A stretch of 60,790 bases of DNA from Acidobacteriota bacterium (GTDB lineage: Bacteria > Acidobacteriota > Vicinamibacteria > Vicinamibacterales > UBA2999): assembly GCA_016210845.1 (NCBI GenBank), contig JACQTK010000209.1, positions 1-60,790 of the forward strand, in the 5' to 3' direction. Positions 44,002-56,987 of the stretch are shown piece after piece. Below the pieces are notes generated by a model. It did no database searches and had not been told where the DNA came from. It was given only the letters and a program-made list of their open reading frames with translations. The position numbers were made by a program, and so were the translations under genes. Position 1 is the stretch's first letter. Every line of letters begins with the position of its first letter.

Positions 44002-45390
44002 GTGCCCGAACCGCTCCTGAATCGAGAGGACGAGCTGCAGCGTCTCGAGCGCGCGTGGGGGAACGCGCGCCGGGGGCCGCAGCTCGTCGTGGTCTGGGGG
44101 CGCCGGCGCGTCGGGAAGACGTTTCTCGTGGCGCATTTCGCGCGGACCAGGCACGCCGTCTTCTTTGGCGCCACGCAGCAGGCGGAAGTCGTGGAGCTCG
44201 GCCGCCTGGCCGAAGCGGTGCGGCGGGATCTCGGGGACCGCGTCGCCGACCTCACCGGCGGATCCTTCACCGGCTGGGAGTCGGCGCTCCGCTTCCTGGC
44301 CGCCCTGGCGGCCGAGGACCCGCTCGTCGTCGTGCTCGACGAGGTGCCGTACCTGCTGGAGTCGACGCCCGGCTTCGCGAGCATCGTCCAGGGGGTGTGG
44401 GACCACCTCCCGCGCGGGACCCACCTGCTCCTGATCCTGACCGGGTCGGCGATCGGCACGATCGAGAGGATGCTCGGACCCAACGGCCCTCTGCGGGGCC
44501 GGCCGACGGACAGCATCCGTCTCGACCCGCTGGACCTCTGGAACGCCAGGCTGTTCCTGCCGCGACTCGATCCGCCGCGCCTCATCGAGGCGTACGCGGC
44601 CTGTGGCGGGTACCCCCTCCATCTCGCGGCCTGGGATCCCACGCGCCCCACCGAAAAGAACCTCGAACGGCTTGCCGGGCGGGCGGGCTCGGTGCTCCTC
44701 GAGGACGCTCCCGCGATCATGGGCGAGGAGCTGCCGGACGCCGTGGGGTATCCACGGATCCTGGCGGCCATCGGCCGGGGCCGCACCCGGTACGCCGAGA
44801 TCGCGGGCGACGCCGGACAGCGCGTGGAGCACGCGCTCGACGTGCTCGCGCGCGCGGGACTGGTCGAGAAGATCGTGCCTGTCGGCGCACCGAAGGCGGC
44901 GCGCCCGATCTACGCGATCGCCGACGTCTATCTCGCCTTCTGGTTTCGCGTGCTGTATTCCGATCTGAGCCTCATCGAGGCCGGCCAGGGGGCCGCGGTC
45001 CTGCGGCGCGCCCGGCCGCGATGGCAGAACCACCTCGGGCGCCTGTTCGAGGACGTGGCGCGTGCCCATGCGCGGCGGCTCGTCGCGCGCGGCGACCTTC
45101 CGGAGGATCTGGTCGTCGGACGCTGGTGGGCGACGACGGGCGAGTCCAGCGAGGTGGACGTGCTGGGGCTGCAGCAGCACCGCGCCGTGCTCGTCGGCGA
45201 GGCCCGGTGGCAGGCGGCACCGCTGGGGGTGCGCGAGCTCGAGCGTCTCAGACGAAAAGCCGTGCGTGTGCCGGACCTGGCCGACGAGCCGATCTATGCG
45301 TTGTGGGGTCGTGCCGGTGTCGCCGATGACGTCCGATCCGCCGGGGGCCGGGGATTCGATCTGCCGTCGATCCTCGACGTCAGCGCCTGA
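44002..45390 (+). CDS. AAA-type ATPase (Arch_ATPase-like) with C-terminal DUF234-like domain
   Basis: 462 aa with GTG start. N-terminus REDELQRLE...VVVWGRRRVGKTFL (Walker A), then VVVLDEVPYL (Walker B). The C-terminal WW....SEVDVLG....LVGEARW resembles the DUF234 signature. Confidence 0.85.
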   Translation: MPEPLLNREDELQRLERAWGNARRGPQLVVVWGRRRVGKTFLVAHFARTRHAVFFGATQQAEVVELGRLAEAVRRDLGDRVADLTGGSFTGWESALRFLAALAAEDPLVVVLDEVPYLLESTPGFASIVQGVWDHLPRGTHLLLILTGSAIGTIERMLGPNGPLRGRPTDSIRLDPLDLWNARLFLPRLDPPRLIEAYAACGGYPLHLAAWDPTRPTEKNLERLAGRAGSVLLEDAPAIMGEELPDAVGYPRILAAIGRGRTRYAEIAGDAGQRVEHALDVLARAGLVEKIVPVGAPKAARPIYAIADVYLAFWFRVLYSDLSLIEAGQGAAVLRRARPRWQNHLGRLFEDVARAHARRLVARGDLPEDLVVGRWWATTGESSEVDVLGLQQHRAVLVGEARWQAAPLGVRELERLRRKAVRVPDLADEPIYALWGRAGVADDVRSAGGRGFDLPSILDVSA

Positions 45391-46391
45391 TCAGCGTCAT
45401 CCCGCGTCCGCTGTTCTCCCTCACGCAACGTGACAGGCAGGGCGGTGTCCGACGGGTGCCGCTGCCCGTACAAGAGGGTGATGTAGCCAAGCTTGCGGGC
45501 TTCGAGGACGAACGATCCGGCGGGCAGACCGTCAAGGGAGTATCTGCCCAGTCGATTGGTGAACACCGCGGGGGTTGACGTCTCCGGGGTCACGATCCGC
45601 ACCGCCGCGCAGGCGATCGGTTCGCCGGACGCGTCCATCACCCGGCCGACGATGGCGCCAACCGCAGCGCCGTCCGCAGGCAACCGGCTGAGCCCGGTCG
45701 GGCAGGTCTCGACCGGACCGGGCGTCGTGAAGTCGATGCCCCGTGCTTCGTCACCGGTCAGCAGCACCATCGTCGACCTCTCGCCAGCCGCGTCAAGCGA
45801 TCCTGGCGGTCCGAACAACAGATCCTCCGGTCTCACGCCGGGCGGCCGCAGTGCCGGCGGGATCTGCACGGCGGTAATCTCGTAGCGGCCCGCCAGCAGG
45901 CTTCCAAGCCGATACTCTCCCAGGCGATCGGTCTGCGTGAAGAACTGGCTGGAAGTGGCGGGCATCCTCTCCCCGCCAGCACCGGTCAGGCGCCCCGTCA
46001 CGTATGCGCCGCTGACGGGCGCGCCGAAGGCGTCGACCACGCGTCCCATGACCGCCGCACCTCGCGCGAGCGCGAGCCGGAGCTGCGTGTCAGCGTTCCC
46101 CGCCGACACGGTGACGAGGCCCGTCACGTAACCCGCCTTGCTGGTGCGAAGCGTCAACGCGTCCGCCGGCGCGTTCGCGACGGAGAACCGTCCCTCGTCA
46201 TCTGTGAAGACGGCGTCCATTTGGCGGTCGCCGGACGACGCGACCACACGCGCCCGCCGCAAGGGAACGTTGTCTCTGGCGTCGACTACCCGGCCGCGAA
46301 TGGGCTGCGAGCGAGTGGTTCCGGCATCCTGCGGCAGTACGCCGTGCGCAACCGCAAGCGAGATGAGCAACCCGATGGTGAGAGTTCTCAT
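45294..46391 (-). CDS. secreted protein with tandem CarboxypepD_reg-like domains
   Basis: ORF 45294..46442 trimmed to ATG 46391 (MRTLTIGLL), with GGAGG upstream. Has repeated GRVVDA..G.PV..A.V motifs. The 3' end overlaps the convergent ATPase gene by 97 nt. Confidence 0.75.
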   Translation of the reverse strand: MRTLTIGLLISLAVAHGVLPQDAGTTRSQPIRGRVVDARDNVPLRRARVVASSGDRQMDAVFTDDEGRFSVANAPADALTLRTSKAGYVTGLVTVSAGNADTQLRLALARGAAVMGRVVDAFGAPVSGAYVTGRLTGAGGERMPATSSQFFTQTDRLGEYRLGSLLAGRYEITAVQIPPALRPPGVRPEDLLFGPPGSLDAAGERSTMVLLTGDEARGIDFTTPGPVETCPTGLSRLPADGAAVGAIVGRVMDASGEPIACAAVRIVTPETSTPAVFTNRLGRYSLDGLPAGSFVLEARKLGYITLLYGQRHPSDTALPVTLREGEQRTRDDADQALTSRIDGRSNPRPPADRTSSATPARPHNA

Positions 46392-46542
46392 GCCGCCTCC
46401 AGAGAGATTCGAGCCCTGCCGGAGCTCCGATGATAGATCCAATCATGGAGAGGCCGCCACGGACGCTGCCTCCGCGCTGCCCTTGGGTGAAGAACCTCTT
46501 CTCTCTGACCGCGCCCCACGCATGTCGATGGCGATCGGGCAA

Positions 46543-46571
46543 TTGACCGCCCGTTATACGCACGTTAAACT
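46543..46571 (+). promoter_or_regulatory. sigma70-like promoter of the AbrB-Doc operon (leaderless transcript predicted)
   Basis: TTGACC (46543-48), a 17-nt spacer, then TAAACT (46566-71). The ATG at 46578 lies 6 nt after the -10, with no SD. Confidence 0.45.
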
Positions 46572-46577
46572 CTTCGC

Positions 46578-46844
46578 ATGACGCTTCGAAGGCGTGTCAG
46601 GCGGGTTGGAGGGAGTCTCGGCGTTCTGATTCCCAGGGACTTCGCCGAAGCGATGGACGTGAAGGAGGGGAGCGAGGTCCGTCTGACTCTGGTCGGCAAC
46701 CAGGTCGTCGTCGAGCCGGTCGAGGGAAGCGTGGCCGACGGCGCGTTCCGACGGGCCTTCGCGGCTGTCTTGCGGCGTCATCGGCAGGGGTTCCGGCTGC
46801 TCGCCGACTACGACCGCGGCACCTGGCGCCCATCGCGCCAGTGA
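46578..46844 (+). CDS. AbrB/MazE/SpoVT-family antitoxin
   Basis: 88 aa. The swapped-hairpin motif VGGSLGVLIPRDFAEAMDVKEGSEVRL is present. Has a 4-nt overlap with the doc gene. Confidence 0.85.
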   Translation: MTLRRRVRRVGGSLGVLIPRDFAEAMDVKEGSEVRLTLVGNQVVVEPVEGSVADGAFRRAFAAVLRRHRQGFRLLADYDRGTWRPSRQ

Positions 46845-47278
46845 GGCGCCGTCTTCGCTTCCTGACTGCCGATCAGATCGTCGCCGCGCACGACGCGCTG
46901 CTCGCCGAGTTCGGCGGCCTGGCGGGCGGTGGACCGCGTGGCGAGTCCTATGAGGGCGTGGACGCGGTCGTTCAGGCGGTCAGGAACTCGTACTACGAAA
47001 CAGTCGAAGAGCTTGCAGCGGCCTACGCGGTGTACATCGTCCAGGGACATGTCTTCCTCGACGGCAACAAGCGCGCCGGCGCAGCCGCAATGCTCACTTT
47101 CCTGGAAGCGAACCGCGTGTCGGTCAGGATTCCCGCGCGAGAGCTTGCCTCAACGATGATCGATCTCCAGACGCGCTCCGAACGCGGCGAGGACGCGGCT
47201 CGGCTCATCGCAGCCATTGCCTCATGGCTTGCGGCGCGGCGCACGACACGGAAGCCACGTCGAGGTACGTCGCGCTAG
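46841..47278 (+). CDS. doc: type II toxin Doc (death-on-curing, Fic fold)
   Basis: 145 aa. The motif HVFLDGNKRAG matches the Doc signature HxFx(D/N)(A/G)NKR. Confidence 0.9.
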   Translation: MRRRLRFLTADQIVAAHDALLAEFGGLAGGGPRGESYEGVDAVVQAVRNSYYETVEELAAAYAVYIVQGHVFLDGNKRAGAAAMLTFLEANRVSVRIPARELASTMIDLQTRSERGEDAARLIAAIASWLAARRTTRKPRRGTSR

Positions 47279-47536
47279 AACCGGTACCCGATGCCAGCCG
47301 TCGTTTCAAACAGCGAGAGATCCTCTCCGGCGGGTCTGTGGAAGTAAAGGCCTCACCTTCTTGTTCCACCGGAAGTGGTAGAGACCTTGCCCAGCGATGA
47401 ACATCCTGGGAGTGTCGCGGCGGGTGAGCACGCGCACACTGCCCGTGGGCACGTAGCGGCCCGTGCCAGCGTCGCGCTCACAGCCGAAGAAACAGCTGGT
47501 GCTCCACGTCCGATCGGGCAGAGCGAGCGAGCCAGG
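47275..47536 (-). pseudogene. relic of an outer-membrane beta-barrel protein gene (5'-truncated, frameshifted)
   Basis: The last 25 codons before TAG (47275-77) read GLYFHRPAGEDLSLFETTAGIGYRF, an OMP-type C-terminal signature ending in F. A second GC3-rich frame (47309-47536) reads ...GRYVPTGSVRVLTRRDTPRMFIAGQGLYHFRWNKK. There is no start codon, and the frames are offset by 1 nt. Confidence 0.3.
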
Positions 47537-47591
47537 CTAGCCGAAACCACACGTGCCCGGGCCAGGCAGATCGGGTAGTGTTCAGGTAGAG

Positions 47592-49847
<2,256 letters not shown>

Positions 49848-49849
49848 GT

Positions 49850-49879
49850 GTAGGGCCGACCTGAAGGTCGGCCCCCTAC
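49850..49879. repeat. hairpin of the GGCCGACCT family (terminator-like)
   Basis: gtagggccgacct-ga-aggtcggccccctac, starting 3 nt after the stop of the preceding gene. Confidence 0.6.
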
Positions 49880-49913
49880 ATGAGCCGGGAGCATTCAGGC
49901 CGGCCGGGACACT

Positions 49914-50900
49914 ATGAACATCATCGACCGCGGTGGCGGAACGCCCATCGTGCTCGTGCCCGGGATTCAGGGGCGCTGGGAGTGGATGCGGCCGGCGGTC
50001 GAGGCGCTGGCGGCGCGCTGCCGCGTCCTGACTTTCTCACTGGCGGATGAGCCAGCCAAGGGGCTGTCCTTTGATACCCCGACAGAACCTCTTGGCTGGC
50101 TGGCCAGCATCTGCCTGGCGCGCTCCGCGCGCCGAGGACCGCTACGCGGTCCAACGTGGGGACGCTTCGACGAGGCCACAGGGTTCTGGGGCTACGTCGA
50201 GCAGGTCCGCCAGGCGCTCGATGCCTCGGGCGTGGAGAAGGCCACGATCTGCGGCGTCTCCTACGGGGGCCTGATCGCGGGCGCGTTCGCCGCCCGCCAT
50301 CCCGATCGCGTGTCGGCGCTGGTCCTCGTCTCGGCGCTGCCTCCGTCGTGGACGCCGGACCGGCGGGCGAGGTTCTACCTGCGGGCGCCGCGGCTGCTCA
50401 CGCCCGTCTTCATGGTGGCGTCGCTGCGCATGTACCGTGAGATCGCCACAGCCAGTTCGGGAGTCTTCCGCGGCGCGGCGGCCGCCGTTGGCCACGCGTG
50501 GCGCGTGCTGACGCACAGGTTCTCCCCGGGCCTGATGGCGCGGCGCGTTCGTATGCTCGGCGGGATCGACCTGCCGTCCGAGCTGGCGCGCGTCGACGCG
50601 CCGACGCTCCTCCTCACCGGCGACGGCTCGCTGGACCGTGTCGTGCCGATCGCCGCGACACACGAATACCTCCGGATGTGGCCGCACGCGCGTGTCGCCA
50701 CGCTCGCGCGCACGGGCCACCTGGGAATGATCACCCGTCCCGACGAGTTTGCGCGGATCGTCGTCTCGTTCGCGGAGACGGCTGAACGCGAAGTGGGGCA
50801 GGTGGGACGGGTGGGGCAAATGGGGAACGGCCTTCCCCCGTCCCACCCGCCCTACCCGCCTTACCCGCCCTTGAAAGCGTCGCGAGGGCACGTTGGCTGA
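49914..50900 (+). CDS. alpha/beta hydrolase
   Basis: 328 aa. Contains IVLVPGIQG and the nucleophile elbow GVSYGG. It carries a 35-codon insertion of repeat origin (50050-50154) and a repeat-derived C-terminal tail. Confidence 0.85.
   Translation: MNIIDRGGGTPIVLVPGIQGRWEWMRPAVEALAARCRVLTFSLADEPAKGLSFDTPTEPLGWLASICLARSARRGPLRGPTWGRFDEATGFWGYVEQVRQALDASGVEKATICGVSYGGLIAGAFAARHPDRVSALVLVSALPPSWTPDRRARFYLRAPRLLTPVFMVASLRMYREIATASSGVFRGAAAAVGHAWRVLTHRFSPGLMARRVRMLGGIDLPSELARVDAPTLLLTGDGSLDRVVPIAATHEYLRMWPHARVATLARTGHLGMITRPDEFARIVVSFAETAEREVGQVGRVGQMGNGLPPSHPPYPPYPPLKASRGHVG
50050..50154. repeat. intragenic, in-frame copy of the mosaic palindromic element (reverse orientation relative to 9736-9888)
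   Basis: Modules: agccagccaag(N30)cttggctggct, ggcgcgc-tcc-gcgcgcc and ggaccgc-tac-gcggtcc. They occur in the same order as the reverse complement of the murG-murC spacer element. Confidence 0.65.
50790..50870. repeat. palindromic element, GGGCGGGTA / CCTACCCGC family
   Basis: Stem ggtgggacggg (50801-11) / cccgtcccacc (50837-47), followed by cctacccgc-type repeats. A second copy is at 56848-56938. Confidence 0.55.
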
Positions 50901-51515
50901 GCCCTTGGGTGAGATCGCTGGCCCGGTCGGCCCGCTCGAGGCGCTGCTCGATCTGCCCGCCGGCCCCCCGCGTGCCGCCGTCGTCTTTGCTCATCCGCTC
51001 CCAACGGCGGGCGGCAGCATGCACACCAAAGTCGTCTTCCAGGGGGCGAAAGCGCTGGCGGGGATCGGTTGCGTGGTGCTCCGCTTCAACTTCCGCGGCG
51101 TGGGCCGCAGCGCGGGCGCCTGGGATAACGGACGCGGAGAGCTGGAAGACTATCGCGCGGCGGTCGACTTCATGGCCGGCCGGTGCCCCGACCTCGAGAT
51201 CTGGGCCGCCGGCTTCTCCTTCGGGTCGTACATCGCCGCCACCGTCGGCGCAGACGACGACCGCGTGTGCGCGCTGATTGCCATCGCGCCGCCGGTGGAC
51301 ACGTACGAGTTCGCCTCCGTGAAGATGTCCACCAAGCCCAAGTTCATCGTCCACGGCGAGCGCGACGAGCACATCCCACTGAGGATCGTGCGCCAGTTCT
51401 ACGCACGGCTCCACGAGCCCAAGGAGCTGGCGGAGATCGACCGCGCCAACCATCTGTTCGAAGGCCAGGCGAGCGAGGTGGGGGACGCGCTCGCCGATCT
51501 GCTCGAGGGGTTCAC

Positions 51516-51531
<16 letters not shown>
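50893..51531 (+). CDS. alpha/beta superfamily hydrolase (COG2945-like)
   Basis: 212 aa with TTG start. Contains [24 protein letters not shown] and GFSFGS (nucleophile elbow). Confidence 0.8.
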
Positions 51532-52694
<1,163 letters not shown>

Positions 52695-52704
52695 AACGTC
52701 AACT

Positions 52705-52854
52705 GCCACGAAGGCCACGAAGACGGTCAGCCACGAAGCGCACGAAGATCACGAAGACCGGTGAGCCGTTCGACTGGCCGCCATCCGGCGGCTCGAACGG
52801 CCCTTCGTGGCCTTGGTGTCCTTCGTGGCTAATCGTCTTTGTGATCTTCGTCGC
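52705..52854. repeat. long imperfect-hairpin element, CACGAAG family, copy B
   Basis: Arms 52705-52758 / 52802-52854 are built of CACGAAG / CTTCGTG units. The central hairpin ccgttcga..gccgcc-atcc-ggcggc-tcgaacgg spans 52766-52800. Confidence 0.75.
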
Positions 52855-52865
52855 TGGGAGAAGCA

Positions 52866-54665
<1,800 letters not shown>

Positions 54666-54669
54666 GGTC

Positions 54670-55284
54670 ATGGTTGCCGCGGTGGCCCGCGCACTCGTCG
54701 TCGTCGCCGCTCTCGCGCTTGCCGCGTGCTCATCCGGTCCCGCGGCACCGGACGCGGCATCGTACGTCGGCGAGGTCACCTCCGCCCGCGCCGGCAAGGA
54801 TCGGCAGTTTCGCGAGTTTCCAGGCGAGCCGGTTCCCGCCGACAAGCTCGACGTCTTCCTGCCGCTGCGGTACTACCCAATCGACCCGAGCTACGCCGTG
54901 CCCGCGGTGTTCAAGCTCGCCGACGACCGGCCCGTGTTCGAGATGCCGACGTCCACGGGCACGCTGCGCAAGTATCAGCTCGTGGGCTCGCTCGAGTTCA
55001 CCCTCCAAGGCGAGGTGCGCCGCCTCGGCGCCTTCGTCGAAGCGGGGATGCCGATCGTCGACCTGTTCGTGCCGTTCGCCGATGCCACGACAGGCACGGA
55101 AACGTATCCCGCCGGCCGCTATCTCGACCTCCATCCCACGTCGACGGGCTACTACACGATCGACTTCAACCACGCCTACAACCCGTACTGCGCCTACAAC
55201 GCGGCGTACGAGTGCCCGTTCCCGCCGCCGTCCAATCGCCTGGACGTCCCCATCCGGGCCGGTGAAAAGCAGCCGGGCACATGA
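54670..55284 (+). CDS. DUF1684 domain-containing lipoprotein
   Basis: ORF 54628..55284 trimmed to ATG 54670. Has the lipobox LAAC. The C-terminal YNPYCAYN..YECPFPPPSNRL...AGEK is typical of DUF1684. Confidence 0.85.
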   Translation: MVAAVARALVVVAALALAACSSGPAAPDAASYVGEVTSARAGKDRQFREFPGEPVPADKLDVFLPLRYYPIDPSYAVPAVFKLADDRPVFEMPTSTGTLRKYQLVGSLEFTLQGEVRRLGAFVEAGMPIVDLFVPFADATTGTETYPAGRYLDLHPTSTGYYTIDFNHAYNPYCAYNAAYECPFPPPSNRLDVPIRAGEKQPGT

Positions 55285-55970
55285 TCGTGGCCTTGCAGGC
55301 GATTTTCCTGGACTTCGACGGCGTGATTGCCGACAGCGAGCCGCTGCACCTCCAGGCGTTCCAGCAGACACTGGCCGAGGAAGGGATCGAGCTCAGCGCC
55401 GACGACTACTACGGGCAGTATCTCGGCTATGACGACGTGGGGATGTGTCAGGCGCTGGCGCGCGACCGCCAGCTCGCCATGACCGAGGCGCAGATCGCGT
55501 CGCTCGTGACGCGCAAGGGCGCCAGGCTTCGAGCGCTCCTGCGCGGAGGCGACGTGCTGTTTCCTGGCGCAGCGGCGTTCATCCGGCAGGCGGCCTCGCA
55601 CGTCCCGCTCGCCATCGCCTCCGGCGCGATGCGGCACGAGATCCTCGAGATCGTCCTGGGCGCGGGCGTCGCCGACCTTTTCGCCGCCATCGTCGCCGCG
55701 GGCGACACGCCCGAGAGCAAGCCGTCGCCGGCCCCGTATCGATTGGCGTTCGAGCGGCTGCGGCAGAACACGGGGCGGCACCTCGACCCGCGGCGGTGCG
55801 TGGCGATCGAGGACTCCCGGTGGGGGCTCGAGTCGGCGCAGGCAGCAGGGTTGCGCTGCGTGGGGGTGACCAACAGCTATTCGGCGGACGAGCTCGCAGG
55901 GGCCGACCTCGTCGTCGGGGGGCTCGACGAGCTCACGCTGCCTGCGCTGGATCGGTTGTGCGGGAGCTGA
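55281..55970 (+). CDS. HAD-IA family hydrolase (beta-phosphoglucomutase-like)
   Basis: 229 aa. Contains FLDFDGVIADSE (DxD), KPSPAPY and IEDS..G..SA motifs. Confidence 0.88.
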   Translation: MIVALQAIFLDFDGVIADSEPLHLQAFQQTLAEEGIELSADDYYGQYLGYDDVGMCQALARDRQLAMTEAQIASLVTRKGARLRALLRGGDVLFPGAAAFIRQAASHVPLAIASGAMRHEILEIVLGAGVADLFAAIVAAGDTPESKPSPAPYRLAFERLRQNTGRHLDPRRCVAIEDSRWGLESAQAAGLRCVGVTNSYSADELAGADLVVGGLDELTLPALDRLCGS

Positions 55971-55971
55971 C

Positions 55972-56850
55972 GTGCGGAAGGATCTCCTCGACGCGCTGAC
56001 GGCCGCCTCCCACGCGCCTGGCACGAGCCTCGCCCGGGCGGCGCTCCTGATCGCGCGCATCGAGTATCCACGTCTGGCGTTCGAGCCGTATCTCGAGAGG
56101 CTCGACCGCATGGGCGACGCGGCTCGGTATCGGATCGACCGACATCTGGACGAGACCGGCGACGCCTCGACGCTCTCGCGCATCAAGGGCTTCAACGCGT
56201 ACCTCTTCGACGAGCAGCGCTTCGTCGGCAACCGCGAGCGGTACGAGGACCCCCGCAACAGTTGCCTCAACGAGGTGCTCGATCAGCGCACGGGCATCCC
56301 GATCACGCTTTCGCTGGTGTACATGGAGGTGGGCACGCGCGCCGGCCTGCACGTCGACGGCGTCAACTTCCCCGGCCACTTCCTGGTTCGGTGTCCCGAG
56401 GCCACGAGCCGCGGCAGCGGCGGGCTCATCATCGATCCGTTCCATTGCGGCGCGCTGCTCTCCGAGCACGACTGCCGCCTGCTCCTGCAGAAGCACGTTG
56501 GCGCCGAGGTGGCCTTCAACAAGTCGCTGCTGGCGCCCGCCACGCGCTCCCAGGTCATCGTCCGGATGCTGCTGAACCTGAAGCGCATCTACGTGCACAT
56601 GCGGTCGTTCCCGCAGGCACGCGACGTCACGGAGCTGCTGCTGGCGATCATGCCCTCGGCGCTCAGCGAGCTGCGCGATCGGGGCCTCCTCGCCTACCAC
56701 CTGAACGACGTCACCGGCGCGCTGCGCGACCTCCAGACGTACCTGAAGCTCGCCAGTATGTGCGAGACGGACAAGGAGACGCGCGAGGAGCACCAGCAGA
56801 TCTGGGAGCACGTGAAGGCGCTCCGCCGCCGCGTCGCGGCCCTGAATTAG
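55972..56850 (+). CDS. SirB1-like protein (transglutaminase-like N-domain plus TPR-like C-domain)
   Basis: 292 aa with GTG start. Contains the motif NSCLNEVLDQRTGIPITLSLVYMEVG.RAGL...GVNFPGHFLVR. Confidence 0.8.
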   Translation: MRKDLLDALTAASHAPGTSLARAALLIARIEYPRLAFEPYLERLDRMGDAARYRIDRHLDETGDASTLSRIKGFNAYLFDEQRFVGNRERYEDPRNSCLNEVLDQRTGIPITLSLVYMEVGTRAGLHVDGVNFPGHFLVRCPEATSRGSGGLIIDPFHCGALLSEHDCRLLLQKHVGAEVAFNKSLLAPATRSQVIVRMLLNLKRIYVHMRSFPQARDVTELLLAIMPSALSELRDRGLLAYHLNDVTGALRDLQTYLKLASMCETDKETREEHQQIWEHVKALRRRVAALN

Positions 56851-56938
56851 GGCGGGTGAGGCGGGTGGGGCGGGTAGGGCTGCTGGACGGCCCAGCTTCG
56901 CCCCCACCACCCCTACCCGCCCTACCCGCCCTACCGGC
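56848..56938. repeat. palindromic element, GGGCGGGTA / CCTACCCGC family
   Basis: The left arm tagggcgggtgaggcgggtggggcgggtagggc and the right arm cccctacccgccctacccgccctacc can pair (gggcgggtaggg / ccctacccgccc). Confidence 0.55.
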
Positions 56939-56987
56939 CGCATCCGGCTCCCTTCTTGCTGGTGGTTCGGCCAGGGAGGTCATCACG

